Assembly (NCBI GenBank): GCA_963693365.1
Contig: CAVNZM010000003.1
Span: 7,497,312-7,561,311 of the forward strand
Reading direction: 5' to 3'
From: Amoebidium appalachense
Taxonomy: Eukaryota; Protista; Ichthyosporea
DNA length: 64,000 nt
Positions 20,011 to 33,996 of the stretch are shown piece after piece (position 1 is the first letter of the stretch; each line of letters begins with the position of its first letter). The notes below the pieces were generated by a model. That model was given only the letters and a program-made list of their open reading frames with translations. It ran no database searches and was not told where the DNA came from. A program made the position numbers and the translations under genes.

Positions 20011-20193
20011 CACGCATGCACGCACACGCACACGAGTGCGCACACACCCACCCACCATGACCCACCAAGCCACCAAAGTGATTATTTCATGTGCACAGAA
20101 TGCCTCCCACCAATTGAAGCTGTGTGATGGTGGTGGGGCAGGCTAGAAAATGTCAAAACACGGAAGAGAAATGGTTGGTGGTTTTTGTTGTTG

Positions 20194-20288
<95 letters not shown>

Positions 20289-20867
20289 CTGTATTTCTGT
20301 GCGTGCACATGCAGATGTTTTTCGTCGTCCTCTTCTTCTTGCTCTTGTTCTTTCTTTTTTTCTTCTTGTTTCTTTCTTTTTCTTTCCTTTCCTTTTCTTC
20401 TTTTTTTTATATTTCTTTTTAGGGCGGCGGCGGCGGGGGGGGGGGGGGGGGGGGGGGGGGGGTACTGGAATGCAGTACATTGTATGTGACCCTCTTACGT
20501 GAGAACACTGTTGAACGCACGGTTACGAAGAGCATACCACATTGGCTAAACTAAAGCCCCCTTTTTTCTTTTCTTTTTTTTTTTTTGGGGGGGGGGGGAG
20601 GTTGCATAACGCACCATGAGGGGGGAACCTCTTGCCACGTAGACATCGTAGATGCTTCTGGCCACATCCAATGACGGATCAGCACGGAAATCCTCCACCG
20701 CCTATATATGGAAAGGAATGGAAAGTATGTGAGCTGCCATGTATGGTAGGTGGCGATTTCTCTTTCCTACTTTTGTCACATACTCACGTGCATGGACGAG
20801 TGGGGGAATGCTATAGGGGTCGTTGTGTGTATCTGAGTGTGTGTGTGCGTGCGTGTGTGCGCGCGTA

Positions 20868-20951
<84 letters not shown>

Positions 20952-21046
20952 GTGTGTGTGTGTGTGTGTTTGTGAGTGTGTGTGTGCTTGTGTGCATTTG
21001 GAGTGTGTGTGTGTGTGTGAATGTGTGTGAGTGTGCGTGTGAGTGA

Positions 21047-21093
<47 letters not shown>

Positions 21094-21213
21094 TGTGCGT
21101 GGGTGCGTGTGCATGTGTGTGTGTGTGTGTGTGAGTGTGTGTGTGCTTGTGTGTATTTGGTGTGTGTGTGTGTGTGTGAATGTGTGTGAGTGTGCGTGTG
21201 AGTGAGTGAGTGA

Positions 21214-21286
<73 letters not shown>

Positions 21287-21366
21287 TGTGCGTGTTTGTG
21301 CGTGTGTCTGTGTATTTGTTTGTGTGCGTGGCAGTTGATGTATGTGGGCGCTCATTACAACGTGTG

Positions 21367-21397
<31 letters not shown>

Positions 21398-21400
21398 TGG

Positions 21401-21438
<38 letters not shown>

Positions 21439-23030
21439 GGAGGGGGAGGGGGTTAAAGTTGCTCACCTGCCAGAAAAATATGTTCTCGACACTAAACTCT
21501 CGTGTGAGTGTTTCTATCAATAGCAACAGCCCCTCCCCGTCCGTTAAAGTATCCACAAATTCCTGCGTCGCTTGCTCTTGGTCGGCCAGGGACTTTGACA
21601 AATATGGGTTGGAGGTCGGAAATAGGTGCAGCAGATGAACCATCTCATGCGCTAGCTTGGCCCGTTCTTGGGCCTCGATCTTTGCTTTGCTTGCTCTGTT
21701 TGAAAACCGGATAGGTGTTAGTCACTGTGAGTGTCGACATTTTTCGTTAATTGTGTGTCGCTATTTATGTTTTTGTAATGGATGTCGGGAAAATCAAGGC
21801 TCTGCATCAGTTCTTGTGAGTGTACGTAAAGATGTATGTTTTTGGTCACATCAAAAGCACAAGCAAAAAGCAACGAGCATGAGCTTTCAGTTCCATTTTT
21901 CTCCGAATATTTTTTATTCCTGTTTGACTTTCCCTTTATCTAGTCTCTTTGCTTTGGGTGTTCCTTGATTACCCCACCATTTTCTGCCCGTCATTCCCAT
22001 GCCGGAACGCCATAGCTTTGGTGTGTGCGTACACGCACGTCTTATTGCCTTTTACTGTGAGGTGGAGGGGGAGGGGGGGGGTGGGGTTTCAATACCTCTT
22101 TTTGTATTTTCGCAGCTGCAGCTGCACCATAACCATTCTTGCCATCACTGTCAGGGCCTTTTTCTGGGCCTCATTTAGGTAGTGGGGTTCATTGTCGATA
22201 GCACACAGTGTGCCCAGGGCGTGGCCCTCGGGGGTCACCAGGGGGATGGCGTAGTAGCACGTCACACTGCCCTCGATCACTTGGGGGTTTTTGCGGATAA
22301 ACGTGCGGCCATCCTGCGGGGGAAAAAGGGTGTTGGCACAAAAATGTGTGTCTACTAGTACTGGTGCAGTGCACGTAAACAGGGAGAGAGAAGAACCCCC
22401 CCCCCCCCCCGGGCGCCCCCCCCCCTTCCCCCCCCTCCCCCCCCCCCCAAAAAAAAAAAGAAGAAGAAGAAGAAGAAGAAGAAGGGGGAAAAAAAGGGGG
22501 GGGGAAACACTGTGTACACGGGTTCTTCGTTAGCTACCTTGACAATGCACAAGATTTCGACTGAACCGATTCATGCAAGCATTGTCTGGTATTAACATCA
22601 GACCTTCGGAGTGCTGCTGGGAATATAATGATGGTCAAGCAAGCAGACATAATTTACGTGGCGCGTTTGCCCAATCTTTCGTGTGCATGTACAAGAGCTT
22701 GTACCTTTCTTGCATCGGGAATAAACAGGGGTTCGTCCGGGGTAAGAATTGCATAGGCGCAAAATGACGCCACCCTTCCCGCCTGCTTCTTGTTCAAGCC
22801 GTGCTCGGAGAAGAAAAACGTTCTGTCTGTGTCCAGCACGCCTATGGCGGAGTATTTTGTTTTGCAGATGGAAGTCACGAGCGTGGTCAGCGTGTCGAAC
22901 ACATCTTCACACTGTTCGTCCAATGTCTGGTGGGGTGGGCAAGACTTGTCAGTTAGGTGTTTGGTTACATGCTAAAACAGATGTTAAAAAAAAAAGAAAG
23001 GCAAAAAAAAAAAAAAGAGAGAGAGAGAGA

Positions 23031-23116
<86 letters not shown>

Positions 23117-23356
23117 AGCGGTGGGCTCGGCACAGTCACGGCGGCAATCGTAGTTCTTCAGGTCACAGTACTAATTTTACCCGCCTTCCCCCCCCCCCCC
23201 CCCCCCCCCCCAACCACGACCACACTCACACGCACACACACACAGACATACACACACCACCGCCGCCGCCACCACCACCACCACCCCACCCCACTGCACC
23301 CCCTTCTCCACTCTTCTTTTTTCCTCAGGTTGTCTGTTTCTTTTTCTCTCGTTTTT

Positions 23357-23415
<59 letters not shown>

Positions 23416-23471
23416 CTTTTCTTCTTATTTTTTATTTTGCGCGCACAGGGGGAGGAGGGGTGTGTGTGTGT

Positions 23472-23502
<31 letters not shown>

Positions 23503-23916
23503 GGGGGGGGGGAGGTCTATCATCGCCTGGTGCCTGCTCTGAGGAAAACAGATCTCATGCGTCACCAAGGGCCTTATTATAGTTCGAGAAACTCAAATGA
23601 TTCTGTTTGGTGCCATCAGGCCAAACTTTACCGGCACGCACAAGAAACACCGAAGAAGGCGCCTCAAGAAATAGGGAAAACACGTAAAACACATAAACTT
23701 TGCTCGAAACCTCGGGTGTACCTGGTATGACTTTACAGCCGCCAGGCGTTCCTTTTCGTTAGGGGGAATATCGACCGGCCTCCACTCCTGGGTCTCCTTC
23801 AGACTGTCCTGTTTCGAGTGGACGTTGCTGGGCGTATCGGTGGCCACAGAGTGGTGGTGGGGCAGAGACACAGACTTCAGGTTGGGAAGGACCGTGCGTG
23901 ATGTGACACCACCCAT
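19323..23916 (-). CDS. GAF-domain + RGS-domain protein with putative N-myristoylation, ~468 aa, 6 exons
   Basis: Exons 23916-23722, 22926-22705, 22313-22096, 21695-21467, 20701-20615, 19778-19323, phases consistent. GAF: NEKERLAAV...FDTLT...SFCAYAI...IPDARKD...NPQV...YYAIPLVTPEGHALGTLCAID. RGS: EFSVENIFFWQAVEDF...ARSIYDVYV..GSP...LFDVAQIEAYQLVFRDSFRR. Starts MGGVTS. Confidence 0.88.
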
Positions 23917-26305
23917 CTTTAAGCATCTGTGTGTGTGAAGCGGACTAGATCCTTCCAACCTCTGTGATCAGCAGTCGCAGTAGCTGGGTGCTGTAATGGT
24001 TGCTGGGACGTGCCTCGGTTCATGAAACAACAAACGGTTTCTAAGGTTTGAGTCCGAAATGAAATTACGTAAGTACGTGCACTGATCGAGGAATGCCTAC
24101 CAGTTTCTTATGTCTTAAAATTAATATTCTGCCTTGGAGGTGTTCTAAATGCAGCATGCGTGTCTTCAACGCATCGATGGGCTGCCTGTGCATTACTATG
24201 TTTTTTCGCACAGCTACAGGTGATGTGCAGCGAGAGGAGCCTCTCTTGGCTCAGAGTTTTTCAGGGTGAGACTCGCAAATGATGCACCTAACACATGGCC
24301 AGTGCATTAGAAAACTTGTCGATGGCTAAAATGGAAATGAGAAGCCATGACCAACGTTAGCTTTTTGCACTAGACGCACGCAGCACGGACATAGCCTACA
24401 GCCTCTTCAGCCAACATCTGTACACGCTTTATGTCCGTAACGCTTCTGTGTGAGGGCGGGCACGTTTGGAGCACGTACAAACCCGTGCACGTGCTTGGCC
24501 CACTGGCCGAGGCGAGCAAATAAATTCCAACAACTATTTTTCTTTTAGTCCACATTAGATTCAATCCAGAACAGCCCAGATGCCATGACGGAAAGGTTTA
24601 CAAAATTCTGGATAGCAGTCTATTTACAGGATAACTAGGTGCCTTGCATTTGCTCTTGAAAATGTTCAAAAGTCTTGCAGAGCACAACCATCATCTATAA
24701 ATTCTATGATATATAAAGAAAAAAAAATTAGTACATTTTTATATGGTTTGCTATTAGTCAGTGCACGTACTGAAAAACGTTTTATTCTGTGTCTACCTGG
24801 ATCAGATTTTTTCGCTGAGATATTCTGAATGTTTTTTGCAGGCTGTTTATGCATGAACAGGCGATGATGGCGATTCAAACCGCATATCCGATGGCATGCT
24901 TGGGAATACCGAAGAGATCTTCCTAAGCCGTGTTATTTTTTTTACAAGAAATGATGATCAGTAAAGGGTTTGATTTACACAATTTTCCTTTTTATTTTTA
25001 TTAGAGACGTACAAGTACTCGTTTCTGCATTTCGGTGTGAGGGCATATCACGATTCACGAATTGATACGCAATATTAAAAAATTACCAATCAAAACGTTA
25101 TAGATTTAAAATGCTGGACGGTTTGCATACCAACGTGTAAACGCAGGTCCAAAAGGTCCGAGAACAGGGTGTGAGATTTGTTTTTGGCTGGTGCCATTTT
25201 GGTAGCTTTCCACCAACCTGATGGCCCTAATAGAGCCAACAACGGGTATTTTTCCATATCTTTGGCTGTGTTAGAGCCAATTTTTGAAAAATTGATGGAC
25301 CTAACCTCAATTAGTAGGGACAATTTTCGGACTTTCACTACAGACTCTCCGACGTCGGGCGTCGACTGGTCGGCCGAGTCAGCACAAGCACTGACAACTG
25401 AGCAAGCATCTGGCGTATATTATGCTCCGAGGCAGAGCAGACAGCAGCAGCCGGAGACGGTCATTGCTCCGCCGCCAGTATGCTGTGCTCCGGGGTTTGA
25501 GTCGTGGGTCTGCAGGAGAAACACGAAGGCGACAGTCATGCCAGAATATCAATACTAATACTATAGAGCGCCCCCAAGTACTTAGGAAGAAGTTCGTATT
25601 TTGGATATATTTGTATATCCCAGTATTATAACTCATATGCCGTGTCCGTATCAGTGGGTATCACGTAATAAAGGTGTCGCGTCGATGAAGTTTTGAAATT
25701 GTATGATCTAGGTTGTAGAAAAATGTGTATCGGTATGCATTCTCTAAGATCGTACGTGGTGCGCCTCCTCGCGCACTTTCTTCTTAAAAATATCTAGAAA
25801 CCATATCTGAAGTTCTTTAGTCACACTTCGAAAAGGGGTATAAGTTATCTAATTCAGAACTGTCTCCGTAGGACAAAATTAGCGGATCATGCACCGAACG
25901 CACGCTCACGGACCCAGGTCGCATATGCATGAGCGGCGCACGCAGCCATCCATGGCTCCATGGGGGTCCGTGTGCCGCTTGCATGCGCATGCATCGGTAA
26001 AGCACGCGACTCAGTAGCAAGGTTTTGAAAAGTTATCTAGCTGTAATTATTTATTTTTTGTAAGGCGGGCCGTGCACAATCAACACAAGCTCTGAGGGTT
26101 TACGTCCGCATTTCTGCAATTTCCAAATTTTGGTCACTAGATTTACCGATAAAGTCATATAAAATGGCGCTGCACGGGTCAATGCCGTCAGTTTTCACTA
26201 GACAGAAGTTGCGCTACTGTGGAGAGCAGTGTGGTAGTACAAAACTCCTCTTCAAGGTCTGCAGTGGCCAACGTTGCTGTGTTGTGGCTTCTTCTAGCCG
26301 CAATC

Positions 26306-28056
26306 ATGGCGCAGACGCCGCCACTCTCCGCGTACCTGGAGTACGACGTGAATAATTACAAGACTGATGTGCCACGCACAGTGTCTACTTTCTTTACAAA
26401 TTACACGTTTCCGTCTCTTTTAACACATGTCAACTCCCAACAAACCGTTTCCCTGTTCACAGTTCTAGGTTATGACGTTGAGTGCATGCACATGCTGTGG
26501 CGTTCCCTTGACAACCCTGCGCTTGTCGGCCCCTTTAATGCACCTTGCGGGAATTGAAATGTATGAAGCCTTTGGAAGTGGGAAACTTGGACACATTGCA
26601 GCATTTGCACAACATAAGGAACTTGATTTTCACGCACACACACTCCAGAAATGCTCTGCCTGTGCACTTGACACTGCTTAAGACATACACGAGTCATACA
26701 CCAACACATATGTCGTCTCTCACCACTATGCACAAAAACCAGACATCACAATGGCTTTGCGTCAGGCCTTTACACTTGCACACCCACTCGGCACACACCT
26801 ACAACACCAAATTGCCTTAATTGAATCTGGTCGTGCAAATCTTCTGCAAGCCATTAAAAAGCCAGACCTGCTGCGTGCCTTTTTGTTTGAGTTTTTAATG
26901 ACAAGCGAATATGTGCCTAAAGTGTCTGCCTCCTATACGTACAGTTCAGTTGATGGTGAAGTAAAAGAGGTTGACCAGGACTTTTCTGTTGGTTTATTTG
27001 TTGCACTCTGCTCCATGACACAAACCAACTTAAGGATCTGGGCACCCTTTATGAACCGCCTAAAACCCCGCCACTTAGTACTCCAGCCAAACCACACCAG
27101 AACACTGGATATCCTGTATGAAGAGACACACACAGGATACAACTTATACAAGTTGCAAGAGCCTGCAGATGTTTTTGCACACATCAGCGAATGGAAACTG
27201 GAAAACGTTACTCTGTCACAACAGAACGTCTGTAGTTTTTGCACCTCACGCCTATTAAAAGAGGAGAAATCCTCTTTCTGTTGTGGAAACGGAAAATGGG
27301 TGATCCCAACACTCCCCCCCTCCCTTTACAGCTAACACAACTATACAGCACACCTGCTTTCACCAAAAAGGCAAGAGAATATAACATGTTTGCATTCACA
27401 GCCATGGGCTGGTCTCAAAGAACCGTTACACAGGCAGCTCCTTCATTTGTCAAGATTCAACTACCAGTCTTTCCAATATAAGGTACTATATCTATGAAGG
27501 TATACGGGCAGCAGTTGCTGCTGCAAGATCTCTGTCATCAGATTTCATTTCATTCCTCGAAAGTGCTCTGTACCAGTGCAACCCTATAGCATCTGAGTTC
27601 CGCAGACTAAGTCAAGCCTACCCAGACCAAGAAAACTTTCACGTAGCCTTTCAAAGCAATAACAGAAGAACTGCTACACCCCAGGCTCCCGAGATTGCAG
27701 CCTTATATGATATCGACCCAGTGCATGCAGGAAGACACGTAATATGGTTCCACCGATTCTCAAACCAACGTCCCGAGCAAGTTCACTACCTAAATGAGCT
27801 ATGTGAACCACTGCAATATCCTTTACTGTTTTTGCAAGGCACACCAGGTTGGAGCCTCAATACCTTTCCTACTTCAGGTAAAAAGGTGTCAGTCACAAAA
27901 GCAGCAAGACGACTACTGCACACTACCCACTTCCACAATGTTGGCAGGTTGATGTCTGAATGGGCCTGTGACCAATTTTCACGAGCAGAAGATGAAAGAC
28001 TGGACTGGGTGAGAAGTAGACAATATATCCATAAATGATATATAGTATATGTAAAT

Positions 28057-28087
<31 letters not shown>

Positions 28088-28384
28088 AAGAAGTTCCGGA
28101 TTCTGTATATTAATTTCTGCGCCTGTCAGTGAAAGTGTGCAGGCTACATTGCGTCATATTTTAGTTTCTATAAAACCCTACAAACAAAAATAAAGCTCCA
28201 CCAGGCAACAGTGTTGCCATGTCATGATAATATCTTGTGCCTATAAATTTTTCACCAAATACACTCTATGTTCTCTTCTCTTTCTTTTGACTGGATTTAT
28301 TCTCTTCTCTTCCGCTTCAAATTCTGTGCACATGTCCCATGCAGGCCCCGCCCCAACGGGGCGGGGGGTACCTGTATTTACTAG
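26306..28384 (+). mobile_element. Internally deleted Helitron (frameshifted 5' part of RepHel + intact 3' terminus)
   Basis: Helitron N-terminal motifs CSFC...FCCGNGK..P, REYNMFAFTAMG, PLQYPLLF..G..GW and GRLMSEW..D...EDERLDWVR, spread over several frames. The canonical end is the hairpin CCCCGCCCC-AAC-GGGGCGGGG (~28345-28365) followed by CTAG|T (28381-28385). The 5' TC end was not located. Confidence 0.85.
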
Positions 28385-29879
28385 TACAACAATAGTGCAC
28401 GAGTTGGCATATGCATTTCGCACGCACGTGCACAGCACGATTCTTCATTAGTTGCACATCTTTGGTTTACACAGGTTGCACGAGCACATAGCATACATAG
28501 TTAGGTACGTACGATCGTTTATTTGTGCTTTATCTCCCTTTATTTCATAATGCGCATGTCCGGCATGCTCTTGTTTGCTCTCTGTTATTCATTAGGCACG
28601 TGTGGTATTCATAGTTTGTTTAGCTATTGGCGATAGCGAGAGGAAAGCACGCATCCGACGATTGTTGTGCATGCTTTTCATGTGTTCTGTGTAGTCGGGT
28701 GTTTTGTCTGCGGTTGGACCGTATGAGGGGAATGCAGTTTGATTTCCGTCCATGTACGTGTCGTTATATGATTGGTCAGATTTATAGTATTCATAGTATT
28801 TGCCAATCAGATGCGCAAATACCTTTGGATAGATCTGTATTCATGGAATCTGCCTGCGGCAGATAAATAGGTGAGAATCGAGCATAATAAATTAGACGTA
28901 GATTGACAGAACATGCAACTGTGTTTCTACCTCTCCACACTACCCTCTCTGTTAGTGCTGTGGCATCGTGCATTGCCCAGCACCACTCTGCACGTGTTTA
29001 TGTCTGTTAGTTTAGTGGCCTGATCACCCACGTATACTCTCATTCATATGCATGTGTGCCCAGGTACGTGTTAGTTGTAGTGTGTACACTCTGTTAGTCA
29101 GGCGAGAATAGTAGGGACTTTTGCCGTAACTCAGCACTTTTCTTGCAAGTCAGACAATTGCAAAGAAGCTAGCGCTGCGCACACGTGAGCCTCCTGCCCG
29201 GCCAAACTGCTTTGACTCGGACTCGATCCCCGGCATCAGCGCAGACCGCCGCGCAATCGTTACCCGACCGAGCATGATGCAGTTTACATACAAGTAGCCT
29301 AAGGTCTGTGCGCCCGCTGCGCGGGCGCCAACTGAAGCTGCGGTCTATTGCATTTGGTCAGTCACGCGTAGGTCTGGGAATTTCAAAAGAACCTGCAAAC
29401 TGGGGGTCTGACAGCTTGTGTCTGAAATCTAGACTCTAGAAACTCTCTCGGGTGGGTCTGGGCGCCCGCTGCGCGGGCGCCGGTGTACGTGGAAGGTGAC
29501 AGTACGGATGGTAGAAAAGAAGTTCAAGTTTGGGTCTGCCAGCTGGTGTCTGAATCCTAGACTCTGAAAATTCTCCTTTCAAGTTCTCTTTTTTGGCCGG
29601 TTCAAAGGCGGCTTCCGCCAGCGTTTAATTTACATGAAGCATTATCAGTTTGGAAATCCGCCGGTCGGTTTGGGCCTTCCGCGCAAGTCTATGCCCCGTC
29701 TCCTTCCATCTCCGTCGCTGAATCCGTCGACGACTATTATGTTTCCCTATTTTCGCTTCCTAGCGTGTCCACGGTTCCATCACCGCCCGCTGGCCTCTCC
29801 CAGCCGCCGAGTTGGGAGCCGGACCGATCGTTCCCGGGCAGTTTTCACAGCTATTTCAACTCTTCGGCTGTTTTTAAAT

Positions 29880-31090
29880 TTGGAGCTATACGGGCGTTAA
29901 AACCCCGCAAAGCGTGCGGGCCGGATGCTCTTCCTCCCGTGCTTTTCAAGGTTCTTTCTCCCGTGCTTCCGCCCCGTAATCGTGCAGAGTGTACACAGAG
30001 TCCCCCCGGCCCCCGCCTTTTGCTGTCCTTCTTAGTGAGTTTTTTTTCGGCTTTTTTCGAACTCGGGTTTATTCCAAATTCGTGGCTTGACACAATCGTT
30101 ACGCCCGTTCGTAAGAAGGTATCGCAGGGGGACCCGGTCATTAACGACTTTCGTCCCGTCACACTTACCAATGTTTTTTGACGGCTCTTCGAGGGTTGCA
30201 TGCTTCGCGCGTTTAACACCGACGATTCTTTAAAAGCCGTGTTCCGTCTTTCTTCCCTTCAAGGGGGCTTTCGTCATGCCTATTCGTGTTATACCCACAG
30301 CCTGTTACTCAATGAATCCATTTAATTTGCTATTGGCTCTCCGCACGTTGTCTTCATCGACCTTAAAAACGCCTACGACACCGTACCCACTGGTTTCAAT
30401 TGTTATGGCATAAGCTGGCTATGCGGGGCTTACAGTACCAGCCCCCTGTGGCCGTCTTCTACAAGCCCTGTTCGATACCACTCGCGGACGAGCGGCGGTC
30501 AATGGAACAACAATGCCCGGTTTTTCTCGTTCTCGGGGCCTTCTGCAGGGGTCCCTCCTGAGTCCGTTGTTGTTTGACGTTTTCATCGACGATTTAGCCT
30601 GCACCCTCGAACCTCATTGGCCAACTGCATACCCGCCGTGTACCGGGTCTCTTTTTTGCGGACGATATTGTTCTTTGTTCCTTAACCGAAGACGTCATGC
30701 ACCAGATGCTTCGTCAGGTGGATCAATGGTGCACCGAGAATCTCATGACAGTCGGAATTGCAAAGTGTGCTACTTTTTCGAAAAACGCTTCCTTTCGATC
30801 GGCCGGTCTTCCTATTCCTGTATAGAGCACCTATGACTATTTAGGTATTCCTTTTACTGCACGGGGTATTGATTTCCGCAAGCTCCTCACGGCACGGATC
30901 GCTCGTGCGAAGGGCAAGCTTCACATCGTGTCAAATATGTTTCAACGGGAGTCTGTGATCCATTCTGCGAACCTTCTTCTCTACTATAAAACTTTTTTAC
31001 GGCCGACTTTCGAATATGGACTTCCGCGCGGCTACTGGCCTGCGCCCCACCTCGCGAGGCGGCCGTGGCGCTGAAAGAGTTCAACGATTA
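29880..31090 (+). pseudogene. Non-LTR retrotransposon (LINE) reverse transcriptase, degraded
   Basis: KACGPD, IPNSW...TPVRKK, DFRPVTL, QGGFR, FIDLKNAYDTV, GLLQGSLLSPLLF..FIDDL, FFADDI, YLGIPF and YYKTFLRPTFEYG appear in order, interrupted by stops and frameshifts. Confidence 0.92.
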
Positions 31091-32183
31091 TCAGGGTACT
31101 GCGAGTGCGCACTTTGTTTCGTACTCGGTTTGTGCCTCCCTTAATTAGTATGTTTGGATTGTCGTCTGCTGTTTGTCGTATGGAGGAATTGTCTCTTCGT
31201 TTTTGTTTTCATTGAGTTAGGATACCTGATGGTCACCCTCTTTATGCTTTCTTTCCCCCCCCTCCCTCCATCCCTCTTCCCCCCCGATTCACCAACGCCA
31301 CTTCTGAATGTCCTCAGCCTACCCTCTTTCAACCTGATCCTTCCTCTCGCTATCTCACTCCCTCTTTCTTTTCTCTTCCTGTTTTTTCTGCCTTTTCGAG
31401 TTATTCAATAAGTTACCATACGCAGTATATTTTCTTTCTCGTTCTCATAGAGAAATCAAAGGTAAAACTCAGTCGGCATGTGTTATGTTCCTTAGGCAAC
31501 ACCGTACTTGTCATGATCGCTTTTTGGGAGCTTTGGCAGGATACATTTCTCCTGCTGTACGTATGGATACCACCCTAGTAGATAAGTCTGTATGGTGCTC
31601 TGATGTTGATATCGCCTGGGAAGTTGTGCAGTCACGCGTTGTAATTCTTGTTTCCATCGCCGCTTTTTGTGCTGAACTTTTTCATCGAAATCATGTTGAT
31701 AGGTGTGAGTTTTTATGCCGCGTTTTACCTCTTTCCCTACGGGTGTCTGCTACACTGGCTGGCAATGTGAACACTTCAGACTTTTTGTTGAATTCTGTTG
31801 GTCGTCACATTGAGTATTTATATGATTTTTCACACAGTGTTCAGGTATCTCAGTACGCACTTGTTACTGGATAACTCGTGAAGTTTTTATTGTCTTCGCA
31901 GTATGCCGTGCAGTACTTGCATATCTTTCCGTCGAATAAATCCAGTCAATAGGGGGGTTTACACACTTTTTGCTAGTATTGCGTGGACACTGCCGGAGGC
32001 CCAGCCACATCGACGGCCTACTGCGTTTTCCAGCGCAGCCAATCAAATGCAGCCAGTGACATATGTACATGCTAGGCAACAATGAGCGCCATCGTAGTAC
32101 TATAGTATATGACACCCCTATTACATATTATGGGTAAGCAGAGGCTAGCATCGGTAGCTCCGAAAGAAAGTTAAGGCACCGGA

Positions 32184-32935
32184 TCACAATATCATACTGT
32201 GCAGCATTAATTGAAGGTGATCTAGGATAGTCATCTTAAAACGGATATATTGAGGAAGAGAGGAAGAAAAGAGAATAAAACCGCCAATAACCTTTGGTTC
32301 TAATATGTTAGCTAACAGGGTGCACTTATTGATAGGTATGCAGCCGCGAGTAAACCGCGACCCCCACACATATTACACATACGAGCAGGAGACACCAGAA
32401 ACCGATTACACCGCCAATCCATAATCATCTTTGCGTTTTTACACCACACCACAATGTCATTACGAATAAACGAATCTATGAGGTATGAACGAGACTCTCT
32501 AACCGTATCCGCCATATAGGCTACTACTAGTAGTAGTTGGTGTTTTTGCGGTCCTAACACCGGAAGGGACTCAACACGTAGAGTAAAAAGATATCTATCA
32601 GCCATAGACTTGAAACTATTCATATTCACACTATGATCTAGCCGTACCTCCGGTGGGGTCGCCAGCCATTCCATATAACGCTCGGCAATGGGCAGAGACG
32701 ATGGGGAAGGGAAGAGGTAGAGGGGCGAGTCCAGCGGGGATGCGTGTAGCCGGAAGAGCGGGTGGTCCGGGGCACAAGCGGACAGGTGGGTGATGTGCTC
32801 GTGAAATTTAAGGGCTAATTCGTGTACGCGTTGTGATGGTGGTGTGAGTGCGTAGAGAGAATCAAAAAGGCATCTAGGGATAGGTGTGGAAAGACCAGTG
32901 AGAAACGTACAACAAGTTGTGTAAAAAAAAAACAT
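32184..32935 (-). pseudogene. 3' (post-RT, Cys-motif) fragment of a second LINE-like element
   Basis: A 207-aa ORF ending WRCNRF...CNMCG, continuing in a shifted frame as GSRFTRG...C...MTILDHL, resembles C-terminal regions of fungal-type LINE ORF2. Recognised from memory only. Confidence 0.55.
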
Positions 32936-33484
32936 TTACATGTATATCATATGTTGGTGTTTACTTTGAAGTCAAAAGGAAAAATAAACGGGGTGAAGGG
33001 GGTCCACGGCAACCCGTGGTCAAGGGGGTGCACAAAAATGCATTCCATATTGTTTTTGCTCCCTCCGTTGACAGTGTGTTCCTGTGGTGTGTAACATTAA
33101 AATCAACGTTTTGCCTTTTTTGTTCATAAAAAGCAGTTTTTAATTGGTGCGGCATTGGGACATCACACCATTGGCTTTCCGAAAAGCTGGATCTTGCAGA
33201 TCTCGCCATATCATGATAAGTGTCACTGAGTCTGGTTCTGCGTTGTACATAAACGTGGATGATAATAAAAACGTTAAAAATTTAAAGAGGCTTAGTCTAA
33301 GACGTCATTGGTGCTATGATGTTTTACATTGAGGCCCGCTAATATCTTCTCGGCTTCATTCGAATTCCCGAAAAGACCAGGGATTGCGGCGATGCAGGCG
33401 ACAAATTTATGTCTTCCTATTGGCTGTTGACTATGCCATCTGTAGTTTAAAAGTTCGGGTATTCAATATTATGCTATCATCATG

Positions 33485-33516
<32 letters not shown>

Positions 33517-33525
<9 letters not shown>

Positions 33526-33996
33526 CTGTACACATGAACTGTACATGTTTACTAAAGAATGTGATCTACTAGCACACGATTCGTGCTTTGTCATGAATAT
33601 CACATAAATATTATGTCCGCACCAATAGGACTCACTCTGACCTAAGAATTGAACCATATATGGTTCTTCCGCTGCATACCACATAAACGAAGTGAACCAA
33701 TAAGAGGTTTGCATAAATAGGACGAAGGTCTGACTGGCTCGGACCGCACCAGAATCACGAATGGCATGTTGCCACCCGCGCTGGCCGCGGATGAACCAAT
33801 CCTGGGCCTTGATCCGAAACCTGGGGGCTATATAACAAAGCCGTCCCCGTACGGGGATCACATCAGTGAAGTCTGAGACAGACTGAGTCGGCCCATAGTA
33901 AAAGCAACCTGGCCGCGTGTGCCTTTCTACCCGTTCTCTGTCTTTATTTTGATTCAGTTGTACTCTGCCTTATCCTAACTAGTCCAACTGTTTACA
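33517..33996 (+). repeat. 5' LTR
   Basis: TGTAAACA...TGTTTACA termini; matches 36599-37078. Confidence 0.95.

Noticed and set aside
25178-25558. 126-aa ORF upstream of the Helitron
   Set aside because: No recognisable motif or splice context.
29172-29243. tRNA-like segment (CTCGATCCCCGGCATC resembles a T-arm/B-box)
   Set aside because: There is no A-box/D-arm or anticodon stem and the stems are mismatched; at most a decayed SINE fragment.
31490-31760. Protein-like minus-strand frame (…QHDFDEKVQHKKRRWKQELQRV…)
   Set aside because: It is bounded by stops, has no start codon and matches no family I recognise; probably a TE remnant.
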